A stretch of 43,269 nt of DNA from an uncultured Chloroflexota bacterium (GCA_964430115.1 CAYSEM010000002.1:1-43269), one strand, 5' to 3'. Shown: positions 26,115-37,020, counted from the first letter of the stretch. Notes: a model not told the origin generated them from the sequence alone. Made by a program: numbers and translations.

Positions 26115-26258
26115 GCGTCGCTCCTCAACCTGAGGATGAACGAAGCGTATGACCCAGGGGGGGTGGGGTCAAACGGCGTTGCGGGGTACGATGTCAGGGA
26201 AGAGGACGGCGCGACTCCGAGCACGATCGGAGCCTGACCGTAAGCACGAGGAGGGGCG

Positions 26259-27335
26259 ATGACGGAGATCAGCGAGGCTCAGGTGATGAAGGCGTTGAGC
26301 GCTGTCCAGGAGCCAGAACTCGGCAAGGACATCGTCACGCTGGACATGGTGAAGGAGCTGGTGGTTGAGGGGTCGAACGCCAGCCTAATGATTGAACTCA
26401 CCACACCGGCGTGCCCGCTGAAGGACGTGATCGAACGAGACATCCGTGGCGCCCTTGATGGGATCGGCGTACAGCTCACCGAACTTCGCTGGGGAGCCAA
26501 GGTGCGCCGCGCCGCTGCGCCAAGCCAGGAGAAGTTGCTGCCAAACATTCGCAATGTTGTCGCCGTCGCCTCAGGGAAGGGCGGGGTAGGGAAGAGCACC
26601 GTCTCGGTGAATCTCGCGGTCGCCCTTGCGCAGAGCGGCGCGCGCGTTGGTCTCCTTGATGCAGACATCACGGGACCGAATCTCCCGCAGATGCTCGGCG
26701 CAACAGGGACGCCAAAGTCGAGTCCGGGCGGAAAGATTGAGCCGATTGAGCGACACGGCGTGAAACTGATCTCCATTCAATTCTTTGTCCCTGAAGGACA
26801 GCCGATCGTCTGGCGCGGGCCGCTGATCGGTGGCGCGATCCAGCAGTTCCTTCGCGATGTGGAGTGGGGCGAGCTTGACTACCTAGTGGTAGACCTTCCC
26901 CCCGGAACTTCTGATGCACAGCTCACGCTTGCGCAGGCGGTACCACTCGCGGGTGCGGTGCTCGTCACCACTCCACAGGATGTTGCCCTCTCTGATGTGA
27001 CAAAAGCGCTCGCAATGTTCCGCCGCATGAACGTACCAATCCTTGGAATCGTTGAGAACATGTCGGCATTCGCCTGCCCGCACTGCGGCGAACTGACGGA
27101 AATCTTTGGACGTGGTGGCGCGGAGCGGCTGGCGAAGGATGAGCAACTTGAGATGCTCGGACGAGTGCCACTTGAGATGGCGGTTCGCCAGGGTGGCGAT
27201 GCGGGAATTCCCGTGGTTGCACAACGTGAGGCCGGTCCAGCGGCGGTCGCGCTGAAGTTGGTTGCAGGTGCGGTGGCGGCGCGCCTCTCCGTTCGCGCAG
27301 CAAGCGAAAGTGGCACCACGCTGACAATCGCCTGA
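26259..27335 (+). CDS. mrp: Mrp/ApbC/NBP35-family Fe-S cluster carrier ATPase with an N-terminal DUF59/MIP18 domain
   Basis: Deviant Walker A VASGKGGVGKST, the CPHCG (CxxC) motif, and an N-terminal region with TTPACPLKD. GAGGAGG ribosome-binding site. Confidence 0.9.
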   Translation: MTEISEAQVMKALSAVQEPELGKDIVTLDMVKELVVEGSNASLMIELTTPACPLKDVIERDIRGALDGIGVQLTELRWGAKVRRAAAPSQEKLLPNIRNVVAVASGKGGVGKSTVSVNLAVALAQSGARVGLLDADITGPNLPQMLGATGTPKSSPGGKIEPIERHGVKLISIQFFVPEGQPIVWRGPLIGGAIQQFLRDVEWGELDYLVVDLPPGTSDAQLTLAQAVPLAGAVLVTTPQDVALSDVTKALAMFRRMNVPILGIVENMSAFACPHCGELTEIFGRGGAERLAKDEQLEMLGRVPLEMAVRQGGDAGIPVVAQREAGPAAVALKLVAGAVAARLSVRAASESGTTLTIA

Positions 27336-28066
27336 TGGCTGAGCGAGAGGCGAGCGAACAGAGCTTTAGCGAGTCGCTCGATCAACTGATCGCCGCGGTC
27401 CGCGCGCTCCTTGCTGGGCACTGGTCCCTGTTGCGCGCAGAGCTCGGCGCAATCGCACGAGATGTGCTGATCACACTTATCGGTGCCGCTGCGGTTGTCT
27501 CGCTGGTTGTGACTGCGCTGCTCGGACTACTCATTGCACTCTTCCTGGTGCTCGGCGAAGGACTCTTCGGCTCCCAACTCTGGGGGGCGGCACATATGAC
27601 GCTGATCCTCCTCTCGCTTGCCGCAGCGATCGCCTCTTCGATCTTGCGGATCACCACCGGTCGCCGCGCGCGAGCGCTCTTGTTCGCCGCGTTTGTTGGA
27701 TTCGGTTCGCTCCTTTTCACGCTCCTCCCACTTGGTTGGGCCGCTGGCCCCGCCGCAGGGTTCGCGATCACGGTGGGGTTGATCATCCTGTTGGCCGACC
27801 TACTCGTCGGACTCTCCACCTTCAATACACAGCGATTTACGGATCGATTTATGCCTCTTGCGAGTGAGGCGGAGCTGCGCGCCACCGCGAGCGCGTTGGA
27901 AGATCTCCGTGAAGAGGCGCTCAGTGGCGTTGCCGCAGAGATCGGCGAGGCGATTGGTAGCGCCGATGCGGCAGTCGGAACGCTGCGTCGCACGGTCAGA
28001 CGCGTGGCGGAGACACTGAACCGGGCCGCAGAGCGCATTCGACCGGATCGCGGGGGTGACGCATGA
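27335..28066 (+). CDS. Membrane protein, actinobacterial Holin-X/phage-holin-family-3-like
   Basis: N-terminal amphipathic helix (LLRAELGAIARD) followed by four hydrophobic helices and a C-terminal coiled region. TGATG-coupled to mrp. Confidence 0.6.
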   Translation: MAEREASEQSFSESLDQLIAAVRALLAGHWSLLRAELGAIARDVLITLIGAAAVVSLVVTALLGLLIALFLVLGEGLFGSQLWGAAHMTLILLSLAAAIASSILRITTGRRARALLFAAFVGFGSLLFTLLPLGWAAGPAAGFAITVGLIILLADLLVGLSTFNTQRFTDRFMPLASEAELRATASALEDLREEALSGVAAEIGEAIGSADAAVGTLRRTVRRVAETLNRAAERIRPDRGGDA

Positions 28067-28545
28067 GCGACGAGCAGAAGTCAGAACGAGTGGCGGCGCT
28101 CCTTGCAGCGCGCCCTCGTGTTGCGCAAGAGGTCGCACATGTGCAGCGTGCGCGAGAGGGTTCACTCAGCGGCGCGCGTGAGATTGCGCGTCGGCTGCGT
28201 CCAAGCGGCGGCCTCGGCAAGGAGCTGCGCGAACACCCGTTGCAGGTCCTCGGCATTGCGGCGGCACTCGCTCTGATTGGGTTGCGCTGGATCACTGGCG
28301 GCCGTTCGGAGAAGCGGCGTGGTGACGCGTCGCGTGCGCCGTCGGAGGGGGCAGGTGTGGTGAGCGCTTTCGCCGCCGGACTTGCTGCAGCAGCGGCGGA
28401 GAAGGGTGGCCGCGCCGTCATTGACGCGCTTCTCGATGCACGGCCGGCGGATTCGCGTTCCGCCAGCCCTCGCACTTCGTTCGCTCGGGTGGACGAAACG
28501 GGCGGGGAAGCCCATGATGATCGGGGGCGAGTGGCGAAACGGTAG
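28063..28545 (+). CDS. Hypothetical membrane-anchored protein, ElaB/YqjD/DUF883-like motif
   Basis: ATGA-coupled. EHPLQVLGIAAALALIGLRWI resembles the DUF883 anchor. The 3' end (last 21 nt including the stop) overlaps tRNA-Leu. Confidence 0.55.
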   Translation: MSDEQKSERVAALLAARPRVAQEVAHVQRAREGSLSGAREIARRLRPSGGLGKELREHPLQVLGIAAALALIGLRWITGGRSEKRRGDASRAPSEGAGVVSAFAAGLAAAAAEKGGRAVIDALLDARPADSRSASPRTSFARVDETGGEAHDDRGRVAKR

Positions 28546-28610
28546 ACGCGCCAGCCTTAGGAGCTGGTGTCGGTAACGACGTGTGAGTTCGAGTCTCACC
28601 TCGCCCACCA
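28525..28610 (+). tRNA. tRNA-Leu (anticodon UAG), type II with long variable arm, CCA encoded
   Basis: Acceptor GGGCGAG/CTCGCCC, 3-bp D stem GCG/CGC containing GG, anticodon stem CCAGC/GCTGG with loop CTTAGGA, variable arm TGTCGGTAACGACGT, T arm GTGAG-TTCGAGT-CTCAC, then ACCA. Confidence 0.9.
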
Positions 28611-28630
28611 TCAACGTGCGACTTCTCGGC

Positions 28631-28636
28631 TATCGT
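28631..28636 (+). promoter_or_regulatory. Candidate -10 hexamer TATCGT, 7 nt upstream of the tig ATG (leaderless)
   Basis: TATCGT, then TGACCGC, then ATG. No Shine-Dalgarno sequence. Confidence 0.4.
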
Positions 28637-28643
28637 TGACCGC

Positions 28644-30080
28644 ATGAAAGTCACCTCCACGCCTGGACCAAAGAGCAGCCTGCGACTTGATATCGTGATG
28701 CCCGTCGACGAGGTGGCCGCCGCAATCAGCAGCGCAGTGCGCCAGGTGGCGTCACGCAGCCGCATTCCTGGCTTCCGACCTGGAAAGGCACCGCGCCAAG
28801 TGGTCGAGCGATTTGCTGGACTCGCGGGGATCCTCGAAGAGGCGACAGAGATTCTCATTGAGCGCGGCTATCGCAAGGCGATCATGGAGTCCGAGACGCT
28901 GCCGCTGACGAGCCCCACCATTGAGGCGCAGCCAGCAGTAGAAGGGGTTGAGTACTCTTTCTCGGCAACGATCTCCGTTCCGCCTGAAGTGAAGCTTGGC
29001 GACTATCAGAAGTTCACCTTCACGCCAACCTTTGAAGAGCCGGATGCCAAGAAGGTTGACGCCGTGATCGATGATCTGCGCGACAGCTATGCCGTCTTGA
29101 CACCCGTGACCGATCGCGGCGCATTGATGGGCGATTACGCGATCATCTCGTTTACTGGGTACCGCGCCAAGGACGACACGCCAATTGACGGCGCCGCGTC
29201 TGAGAAGATGCCGATCGTGCTTGGTTCTGAGCGTCTGATCCCAGGGTTTGAGGCACAGCTCGTTGGCGCGAAAATCGGTGACGCTGCCACGGTTTCGGTG
29301 ACCTTCCCTGACGATTATCAGGAGGAGTCGTTGCGCGGGGTGCCAGCACGATTTGATGTGGTGATCCAGGAGTTGCGCGCGCGGATCCCGCCGCCACTCG
29401 ATGACGCCTTTGCCAAGCAGGTTGCGAACGTGGAAAACGTGGAAGGGTTACGCGCTGAGATCCTGACGCGCCTCAAGGCGAGCGCTGCAGATCGCGGTCG
29501 TCACGAGTTCGCTGACAAGATCGTGGAGTACGCAATGGAGAACGCCACCGTCGAGATTCCTGACCCGCTGATTGAAGAAGAGATTGACGGCCTTGTTGAT
29601 GAACTGGCGCGATCAATTGCACGACAGGGACTCTCCTTTGAGCAGTACCTTGAGGCGGCGGGGAAGAGCGCAGAAGAGATCCGCGCTGAGCTGCGCGATC
29701 GCGGTGAGCGCCGCGCACGCACTCTGCTCGTCCTCTCTGCGGTTGCGGGCGCCGAAGGGATTCAGGTGCCAGAGGAACTCATCGACGAAGAGGTGCGCCG
29801 AGCGCAGCCACAGGTGCAGGGACAGCGGAAGCTGGAGGCGTATCTCGCCTCAGAGCGCGGCCGCCGCGCCATTCGCGCCTCGCTCCGCCGCTCACTCGTG
29901 GTGGAGAAGATCGTCGAGGACTGGTTCGATAGCAATCCGGGCGCCTGGCCCGCATGGGGACCTGAGCGACCACCGCGCCCTGCAGCGAGTGCCGCCCTCA
30001 GACCTGCGGCGAGCCCTGCAGGTGGGTCTGCTGGCGCTCCTAAAGCGAAGCGTTCGCCCGCAAAGCGCTCCGCGAAGTAA
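28644..30080 (+). CDS. tig: Trigger factor (ribosome-associated PPIase chaperone)
   Basis: The N-terminal ribosome-binding signature IPGFRPGKAPRQVVERF, an FKBP-like middle domain, and its position upstream of clpP-clpX. Basic Pro/Ala-rich C-terminal tail. Confidence 0.93.
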   Translation: MKVTSTPGPKSSLRLDIVMPVDEVAAAISSAVRQVASRSRIPGFRPGKAPRQVVERFAGLAGILEEATEILIERGYRKAIMESETLPLTSPTIEAQPAVEGVEYSFSATISVPPEVKLGDYQKFTFTPTFEEPDAKKVDAVIDDLRDSYAVLTPVTDRGALMGDYAIISFTGYRAKDDTPIDGAASEKMPIVLGSERLIPGFEAQLVGAKIGDAATVSVTFPDDYQEESLRGVPARFDVVIQELRARIPPPLDDAFAKQVANVENVEGLRAEILTRLKASAADRGRHEFADKIVEYAMENATVEIPDPLIEEEIDGLVDELARSIARQGLSFEQYLEAAGKSAEEIRAELRDRGERRARTLLVLSAVAGAEGIQVPEELIDEEVRRAQPQVQGQRKLEAYLASERGRRAIRASLRRSLVVEKIVEDWFDSNPGAWPAWGPERPPRPAASAALRPAASPAGGSAGAPKAKRSPAKRSAK

Positions 30081-30146
30081 ACTCACCCTCCACACCACAC
30101 GCCCCGGTCGCGGGTCGTTAGAAGGTCGAAACGAGAGGAGGGGTCA

Positions 30147-30749
30147 ATGCTCGTACCAATGGTGATTGAGTCGTCCAGTAAGGGCGAACGCGCCTACGAC
30201 ATCTGGTCACGCCTCCTCAAGGAGCGCATCATCTTCCTCGGCGCAGGCGTCGAAGATGACATTGCGAACCTGGTGATTGCACAGCTCCTCTTCCTCGATG
30301 CAGAGGATCCCGAGAAGGAGATCTTCCTCTACATCAACAGCCCTGGGGGCGTGATCACTTCGGGCCTCGCGATTTACGACACGATGCAATATGTGCGCGC
30401 ACCAGTGAGCACGATCTGCACTGGCATCGCCATGTCGATGGGCGCCGTCCTGCTCGCCGCAGGTGCGCCTGGCCGACGCTTCGCGCTTCCGCACAGCCGC
30501 ATCATGATCCACCAGGGCTCTGGCGGATTCCGTGGCAACACACCAGACGTTTTCATCCAGGTGAAAGAGATGGAGAAGTTGGTCAAGACCACCCAGGAGA
30601 TCCTCGCCGCGCACACCGGCCAGCCGATTGACAAGGTGGTGAAGGATACCGACCGCGACCTCTTTCTCTCGCCAGAGGAGGCGGTGGAGTACGGCATCAT
30701 CGACGAGGTTTACAAGCTCCCTCCGATCGTTCCGCCAAAGAAGAAGTAG
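30147..30749 (+). CDS. clpP: ATP-dependent Clp protease proteolytic subunit
   Basis: [20 protein letters not shown], the catalytic Ser in [11 protein letters not shown] and His in [18 protein letters not shown] ribosome-binding site. Confidence 0.95.
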   Translation: MLVPMVIESSSKGERAYDIWSRLLKERIIFLGAGVEDDIANLVIAQLLFLDAEDPEKEIFLYINSPGGVITSGLAIYDTMQYVRAPVSTICTGIAMSMGAVLLAAGAPGRRFALPHSRIMIHQGSGGFRGNTPDVFIQVKEMEKLVKTTQEILAAHTGQPIDKVVKDTDRDLFLSPEEAVEYGIIDEVYKLPPIVPPKKK

Positions 30750-30758
30750 GCGCGCGGC

Positions 30759-32152
<1,394 letters not shown>

Positions 32153-32156
<4 letters not shown>

Positions 32157-34843
32157 GCGCTTCGCGCGAGCTCGGCTCTTCCTACACACCGAGCGAGATT
32201 GAGCCGCAGGTCGCGGCGCGCTGGGCGGCGAGCGACTACGGGAACCCTGAGGGGTCTGACAGCGTCGCCAAGGCAGACCTCCCGCCGTTCACGATCATCA
32301 TGCCGCCACCAAATGTCACCGGTGGCCTCCATGTAGGACACGCACTCTTCGTCACCCTTGAAGATCTTCTCGCGCGCAGGGCACGGATGGCGGGGCGACC
32401 AACGCTCTGGCTCCCTGGCGTTGACCACGCATCGATCGCCGCACAGTTCGTGTTGGACAAGATCATTGCCGAAGAGGGGGAGAGTCGCAGTAGCCTCGGT
32501 CGCGAGCGCTACTTGCAACGGATGGATCGCTTCATGGAAGAGACGCGCGGCGTCATCCTTGGGCAGTTCCGCAGGCTCGGCGCATCTGCCGACTGGGGGC
32601 GCACCCGCTTCACGATGGATGAGGTTTCGAGCCGTGCCGTGCGCACCGCCTTCGCCACGCTCTATGAGCGCGGCCTCGCCTACCGCACTGAGGCGTTGGT
32701 CAACTGGTGCCCAGGATGCAAGACGAGCGTCTCCGACCTTGAGTCAATTGCCGTAGAGGAGCGCGGAAACATTTGGGAGATTCGATATCGACTGGAAGGT
32801 GGAGCGCCTGGTGACGGGATCGTGGTCGCAACCACGCGCCCTGAGACGCTGCTTGGCGACACGGCGGTTGCCGTTCACCCCGATGACCCGCGCTACGCGC
32901 AGTTAATCGGAAAGCGGGTGATCATTCCGTTTGTTGATCGCGCCGTTCCGATCCTTGGCGATGACTTTGTGGACCAGACGTTCGGCACTGGAGCGGTGAA
33001 GGTGACGCCTGCGCACGATCCGAACGACCGAGAGGTGGGACTGCGTCACAACCTCCCAGCGCCAACGATCTTGGATGAAGCGGCGCACATTGTGGCTGAC
33101 GCACCGGAGCCGTTCGCAGGGATGGAGCGGTTTGCCGCGCGCAAGGCGATCGTGGCAGCGCTCGATGCGCTCGGTCTCCTCGTCTCAGTGAAGCCGCATA
33201 CGGCGAATCCGGCGCGCTGCCAGCGGAGCAACGACATTCTTGAACCACGTCTGCGCACGCAATGGTTCATCCGCACCAAGCCGCTCGCCGAGAAGGCGCT
33301 TGCCGCTACGCGCTCAGGAAAAACACGTATCGTTCCCGCACACTTTGAGAAGACGTGGGAGCACTGGCTCACAGAGATTCGCGATTGGAATGTGAGCCGC
33401 CAGCTCTGGTGGGGGCATCAGATCCCTGCGTGGTACTGCGCCGATGGTCACGTCACCGTAAGCGCCGATGCAGATGGACCATCTGGATGTAGCGAGTGCG
33501 GCGCGCTCGCTGAGAGCTTGGTGCAGGAGAGCGACATCTTTGACACCTGGTTCAGCTCTGGTCTTTGGCCGTTCAGCACACTCGGTTGGCCAGATCAGAC
33601 GAGCGATCTGAATCGCTACTACCCGTCGCAAGTCATGGAGACGGGACACGACATCCTCTTCTTCTGGGTGGCGCGCATGATGATGCTCGGCATTGAACTG
33701 ATGGGCGAGCCGCCCTTTGAGACGATCTACCTGCACGGGATGGTGCGCGACCCCGAGGGTCAGAAGATGTCAAAGACCAAGGGGAATGTGGTCGATCCTC
33801 TCTCGCTGATTGATGAGATTGGTGCCGACGCACTCCGCTTCGCGCTCGTCTCCGGAACTGCGGCCGGCGCCGATCAACGCCTCTCGCCAGAGAAGCTGGA
33901 GAATGCGCGCAATTTCATGAACAAGCTCTGGAATGCGGCGCGCTTCGTACTCGGCGCACGCCCGGCTGAGGTCACTGGTGATCGCCCAGATGCGCGGAGC
34001 GCGCAGGAGGGGGCGGGTGAGTTTGGCGCATGGATGTCGGCGCGCATCAGCACGGCGGTTGAAGATGTTGATCGCAGCCTGGCCGGATACGGTTTCTCAG
34101 AGGCAGCGCAACGTATCTACGATGCGATCTGGGCCGAATACTGCGATCAAGCGATTGAGCTCGCCAAGGTCACCCTCGCAGATGAGTCGCGCCCTGCGGC
34201 GGAGCGCGCCGCCGTCTGGTGGACGCTTGTTGATGGACTCGATGCGCTCCTTCGCCTCCTGCACCCAGTGGCACCATTCATCACGGAAGGGATCTGGGAG
34301 GCGCTCCCGCGCCGCCAGGGAGATGGACCACTCCTCGCCACCGCCGCATGGCCTGAGCGAGATGGCAAGGGAGGCAACGATACGAGCGCGATCGATCAGT
34401 GGCTTGAACTCGTGCGCGAAGTGCGAGCGGCGCGAACCAGCACGAAGCTCCCAGCCGGCGCATGGATGCCGCTCGCCGTTGCCGCACCGGCGGACCTCGC
34501 CGCATCGGGTGAACGCTTGCGCGCAGCAATCGAGCGACTCGCGCGTGTCCGTCCGCTGACGATTGGCTCGAGCCTTCCAGCGGGGGAGGAGGGGATGCTG
34601 ATCGTTGCGGGGGTCCTCACCGCTCGACTCGCGCCGCCAGAGGCAGACGCATCAACCCGTGATGCGGATCGTGCGCGTCGCGAACGGGAACTTGTCGCCG
34701 CTCGATCCCAACTCGCCGCCGCCGAGGCGCGGCTTGCAGATCCGTCATTCACAGGGAAGGCTCCTGCAACGGTGGTCGCAGGCGCCGAACGGCGCGTCGC
34801 AGAGTTGCGTGACGAGATCGCACGTCTTGAGCAAGGCGCCTGA
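32153..34843 (+). CDS. valS: Valine--tRNA ligase
   Basis: HIGH region [17 protein letters not shown] region KMSKTKGN, and a C-terminal coiled coil. GTGA overlap with clpX. Confidence 0.97.
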
Positions 34844-35145
34844 TGCCCTTCTACGACTATCACTGCGCACGCTGCGACGCCACCGTCGAGTTGCTGCACG
34901 GTATTGATGACGAGACAAAACGAACGCACGAGGACTGCGGTGGCCCACTTGAGCGCCGATTCTCGGCGACGAGCGTGCACTTCAAGGGGAGTGGTTGGGC
35001 GAAGCTTGAACGACGCGGTGGGGAGAGTGGTGGTGCTACGACATCCGCTGGCACATCAGGAGGCGCGCCGAGCGCAGCCCCTGCGCCGGCCAGTCCAGCG
35101 CCGGGAGCGACCCCAACAAAACCGTCGGGTGGTGGTGGGGAGTAG
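34843..35145 (+). CDS. FmdB-family zinc-ribbon putative regulatory protein
   Basis: [40 protein letters not shown] (CxxC...C zinc ribbon), followed by a low-complexity Gly/Ser/Pro tail. TGATG-coupled to valS. Confidence 0.75.
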   Translation: MPFYDYHCARCDATVELLHGIDDETKRTHEDCGGPLERRFSATSVHFKGSGWAKLERRGGESGGATTSAGTSGGAPSAAPAPASPAPGATPTKPSGGGGE

Positions 35146-35148
35146 TTT

Positions 35149-36063
35149 CTAGGCGGCGCGGAAGAAGTCGCAGATTCGCTCTGCTACCTCGCGTGCGACG
35201 GCAACCTGCGCATCGCTCGTCTGCGCACCAAGATGCGGTGTGAGAACGGTGTTCGGTGCGGTCAGTAGCGGTGAGTCCTTTGGGGGCTCCGTTGCGAACA
35301 CGTCAATCGCAGCGCCTGCGATACCTCCCGACGTCAGGGCTGCGGCGAGCGCGAGTTCGTCGACAAGGCTCCCTCGCGCAACATTGATCAGCACCGCATG
35401 TGGTTGCATCCTCGCGAGCTCTGCCGCACCGATCAGTGGAGTCGCGCCAACCGCAGGAGTGTGGAGGGTGACGACATCTGACTCCTGGAGGAGCTGATCA
35501 AGCGAAAGGAGCCGCACGCCAGCGCTCGCCGCATCTTGTGGGCTCACCGCTGGATCGGCTCCAAGGAGGACCATGCCAAATGCTGCAGCGCGCGCCGCGA
35601 CGGCTCGGCCGATCCGCCCAAGACCGACGATGCCAAGACGCCGACCACGCAGTTCAAACCCCTTGAGCTCGGCGCGCGCCCATGCCCCTTCGCGCACCGA
35701 CCGATCCCCCTTTGTCACGTGTCGCGCGAGTGCAAGGAGTAGCGCAAACGTATGCTCCGCCGCTGCAATCGTGTTCCCATCCGGTGCGTTGACGACGAGG
35801 ATCCCTGCACGCTCAGCCGCAACCGCATCAATGTTGTCAATGCCGACACCGGCGCGCCCAATAATGCGCAGCTTCGGTCCCGCTGCGATCAGCGCGGCAT
35901 CCACCTTGACTTGCGACCGTACGATGAGCGCATCTGCTTCGCGGAGGGCGGCGACAAGGGCTTCGCGGGGCTGACCAGCGAGTTCGTGAATCGTGTGACC
36001 AGCCGCCTTGAGCGCGTCAACGCCAACGGTTGCGATCGTCTCAGCGATGACAATGGTCGCCAT
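35149..36063 (-). CDS. D-isomer-specific 2-hydroxyacid dehydrogenase (short SerA/PGDH-like, no ACT domain)
   Basis: NAD-binding GIVGLGRIGRAVAARAAAFGM, plus NVARGSLVDE and TPHLGAQT. I start it at the internal ATG (MATIVIAE) at 36063. Confidence 0.85.
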   Translation of the reverse strand: MATIVIAETIATVGVDALKAAGHTIHELAGQPREALVAALREADALIVRSQVKVDAALIAAGPKLRIIGRAGVGIDNIDAVAAERAGILVVNAPDGNTIAAAEHTFALLLALARHVTKGDRSVREGAWARAELKGFELRGRRLGIVGLGRIGRAVAARAAAFGMVLLGADPAVSPQDAASAGVRLLSLDQLLQESDVVTLHTPAVGATPLIGAAELARMQPHAVLINVARGSLVDELALAAALTSGGIAGAAIDVFATEPPKDSPLLTAPNTVLTPHLGAQTSDAQVAVAREVAERICDFFRAA

Positions 36064-36076
36064 TGCAGGCGCGCCG

Positions 36077-36454
36077 TTAGGCGCTGATAAAGCCGGTCGT
36101 AGTGGCAACCAGCCAAATCACGGCGAGAAGTCCAAGGAGCGCCCCATATGTCACGACGATTCGCCCAAGGTCTCGACGGACCACTGGGAGCTCCGTTGCA
36201 ATCTCTGCGGCAAGACGTTGCGCAGATGCGCTACGGGTCAGCGCGTCGAGTGGATTGGTTGCCACATTGATCACGCGTGGAGCCTCAAGCTTCGCTTCGT
36301 ATGCCGCAGCTGCGGCCTCTTCGGCGGCGGTGAGACCGCGCTTCGGTGCGCTCGGCCGTTCCTTCTTTGGGCGCTGGTCTGGCCTGAAGCGCTTCACACC
36401 CTTCGCCACGGTTCCTCCTCTGTCTCCGCTCTGGTCGCGCAGCGGTCGCTGCAT
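36077..36454 (-). CDS. Tail-anchored basic protein of unknown function
   Basis: Lys/Arg/Pro-rich N-terminus and a single C-terminal TM helix (IVVTYGALLGLLAVIWLVATTTGF). The ATG at 36454 is preceded by TATCCT at a 7-nt spacing. The track start at 36496 is a GTG. Confidence 0.55.
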   Translation of the reverse strand: MQRPLRDQSGDRGGTVAKGVKRFRPDQRPKKERPSAPKRGLTAAEEAAAAAYEAKLEAPRVINVATNPLDALTRSASAQRLAAEIATELPVVRRDLGRIVVTYGALLGLLAVIWLVATTTGFISA

Positions 36455-36461
36455 CTGGTGC

Positions 36462-36467
36462 AGGATA
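36462..36467 (-). promoter_or_regulatory. Candidate -10 hexamer (TATCCT on the minus strand), 7 nt upstream of the ATG at 36454 (leaderless)
   Basis: Plus strand reads AGGATA at 36462-36467, with a 7-nt gap (36455-36461). Confidence 0.4.
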
Positions 36468-36507
36468 GCGGAGAGCGCGTGACCACTAGATGGCACGAGG
36501 GGGCTGA

Positions 36508-36513
36508 TACGAT
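36508..36513 (+). promoter_or_regulatory. Candidate -10 hexamer TACGAT, 6 nt upstream of the ATG at 36520 (leaderless)
   Basis: TACGAT, then CGGGGC, then ATG. Divergent from the minus-strand hexamer at 36462. Confidence 0.4.
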
Positions 36514-36519
36514 CGGGGC

Positions 36520-37020
36520 ATGCAGACCGATGCGATCAGCACCCTTACCGTCGTGGCCGCGCTCCTTGGAGGCCTCGCCCTCCTGATCGCCCTCCTTGCC
36601 CTTCTCGCCGCCCGAACCGCCCGCCGCAAACTCGCGGCGCTGATACGCGAGGGGGAGGGGAGCACCACAGGACAACTCGTACAGCTCCTGGCAGAGACGG
36701 CGGAGCAAGGCCTCCAGTTGCGAGACGGAGCGGCTCGAATTGCTCAATTGGAGTCGGCGGCGCAGCGCGCGGTGAGCCGAGTTGGGCACGTGCAGTTTCA
36801 GGCGTATGACGACGCGGGTGCCGGGCAGAGCAGCTCGCTGGCGCTACTCGATGCTGAAGGGAGTGGCGTGGTGATCACTACGCTCCACGCCCGAGTGGGA
36901 ACGAGGATCTATGTGAAGCGTCTGGTTCGCGGCGAGAGCGAGACCGTACTCGGTGATGAGGAGCGCGCAGCCATCGATGCTGCACTCCTTCCGCCGGGCG
37001 ACACCCGCCGCACCAAGTGA
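36520..37020 (+). CDS. DUF4446-family protein (N-terminal TM helix plus a soluble domain)
   Basis: An N-terminal TM helix followed by VGHVQFQAYDDAGAGQSSSLALLDAEGSGVVITTLHARVGTRIYVK, which matches my recollection of the DUF4446 core. Confidence 0.7.
   Translation: MQTDAISTLTVVAALLGGLALLIALLALLAARTARRKLAALIREGEGSTTGQLVQLLAETAEQGLQLRDGAARIAQLESAAQRAVSRVGHVQFQAYDDAGAGQSSSLALLDAEGSGVVITTLHARVGTRIYVKRLVRGESETVLGDEERAAIDAALLPPGDTRRTK

Noticed and set aside
30099-30118. Hairpin ACGCCCCG-GTCG-CGGGTCGT between tig and clpP as an intrinsic terminator
   Set aside because: The stem is 7 of 8 bp but is not followed by a T tract. At most it is a processing or attenuation structure, and the support is insufficient to annotate it.
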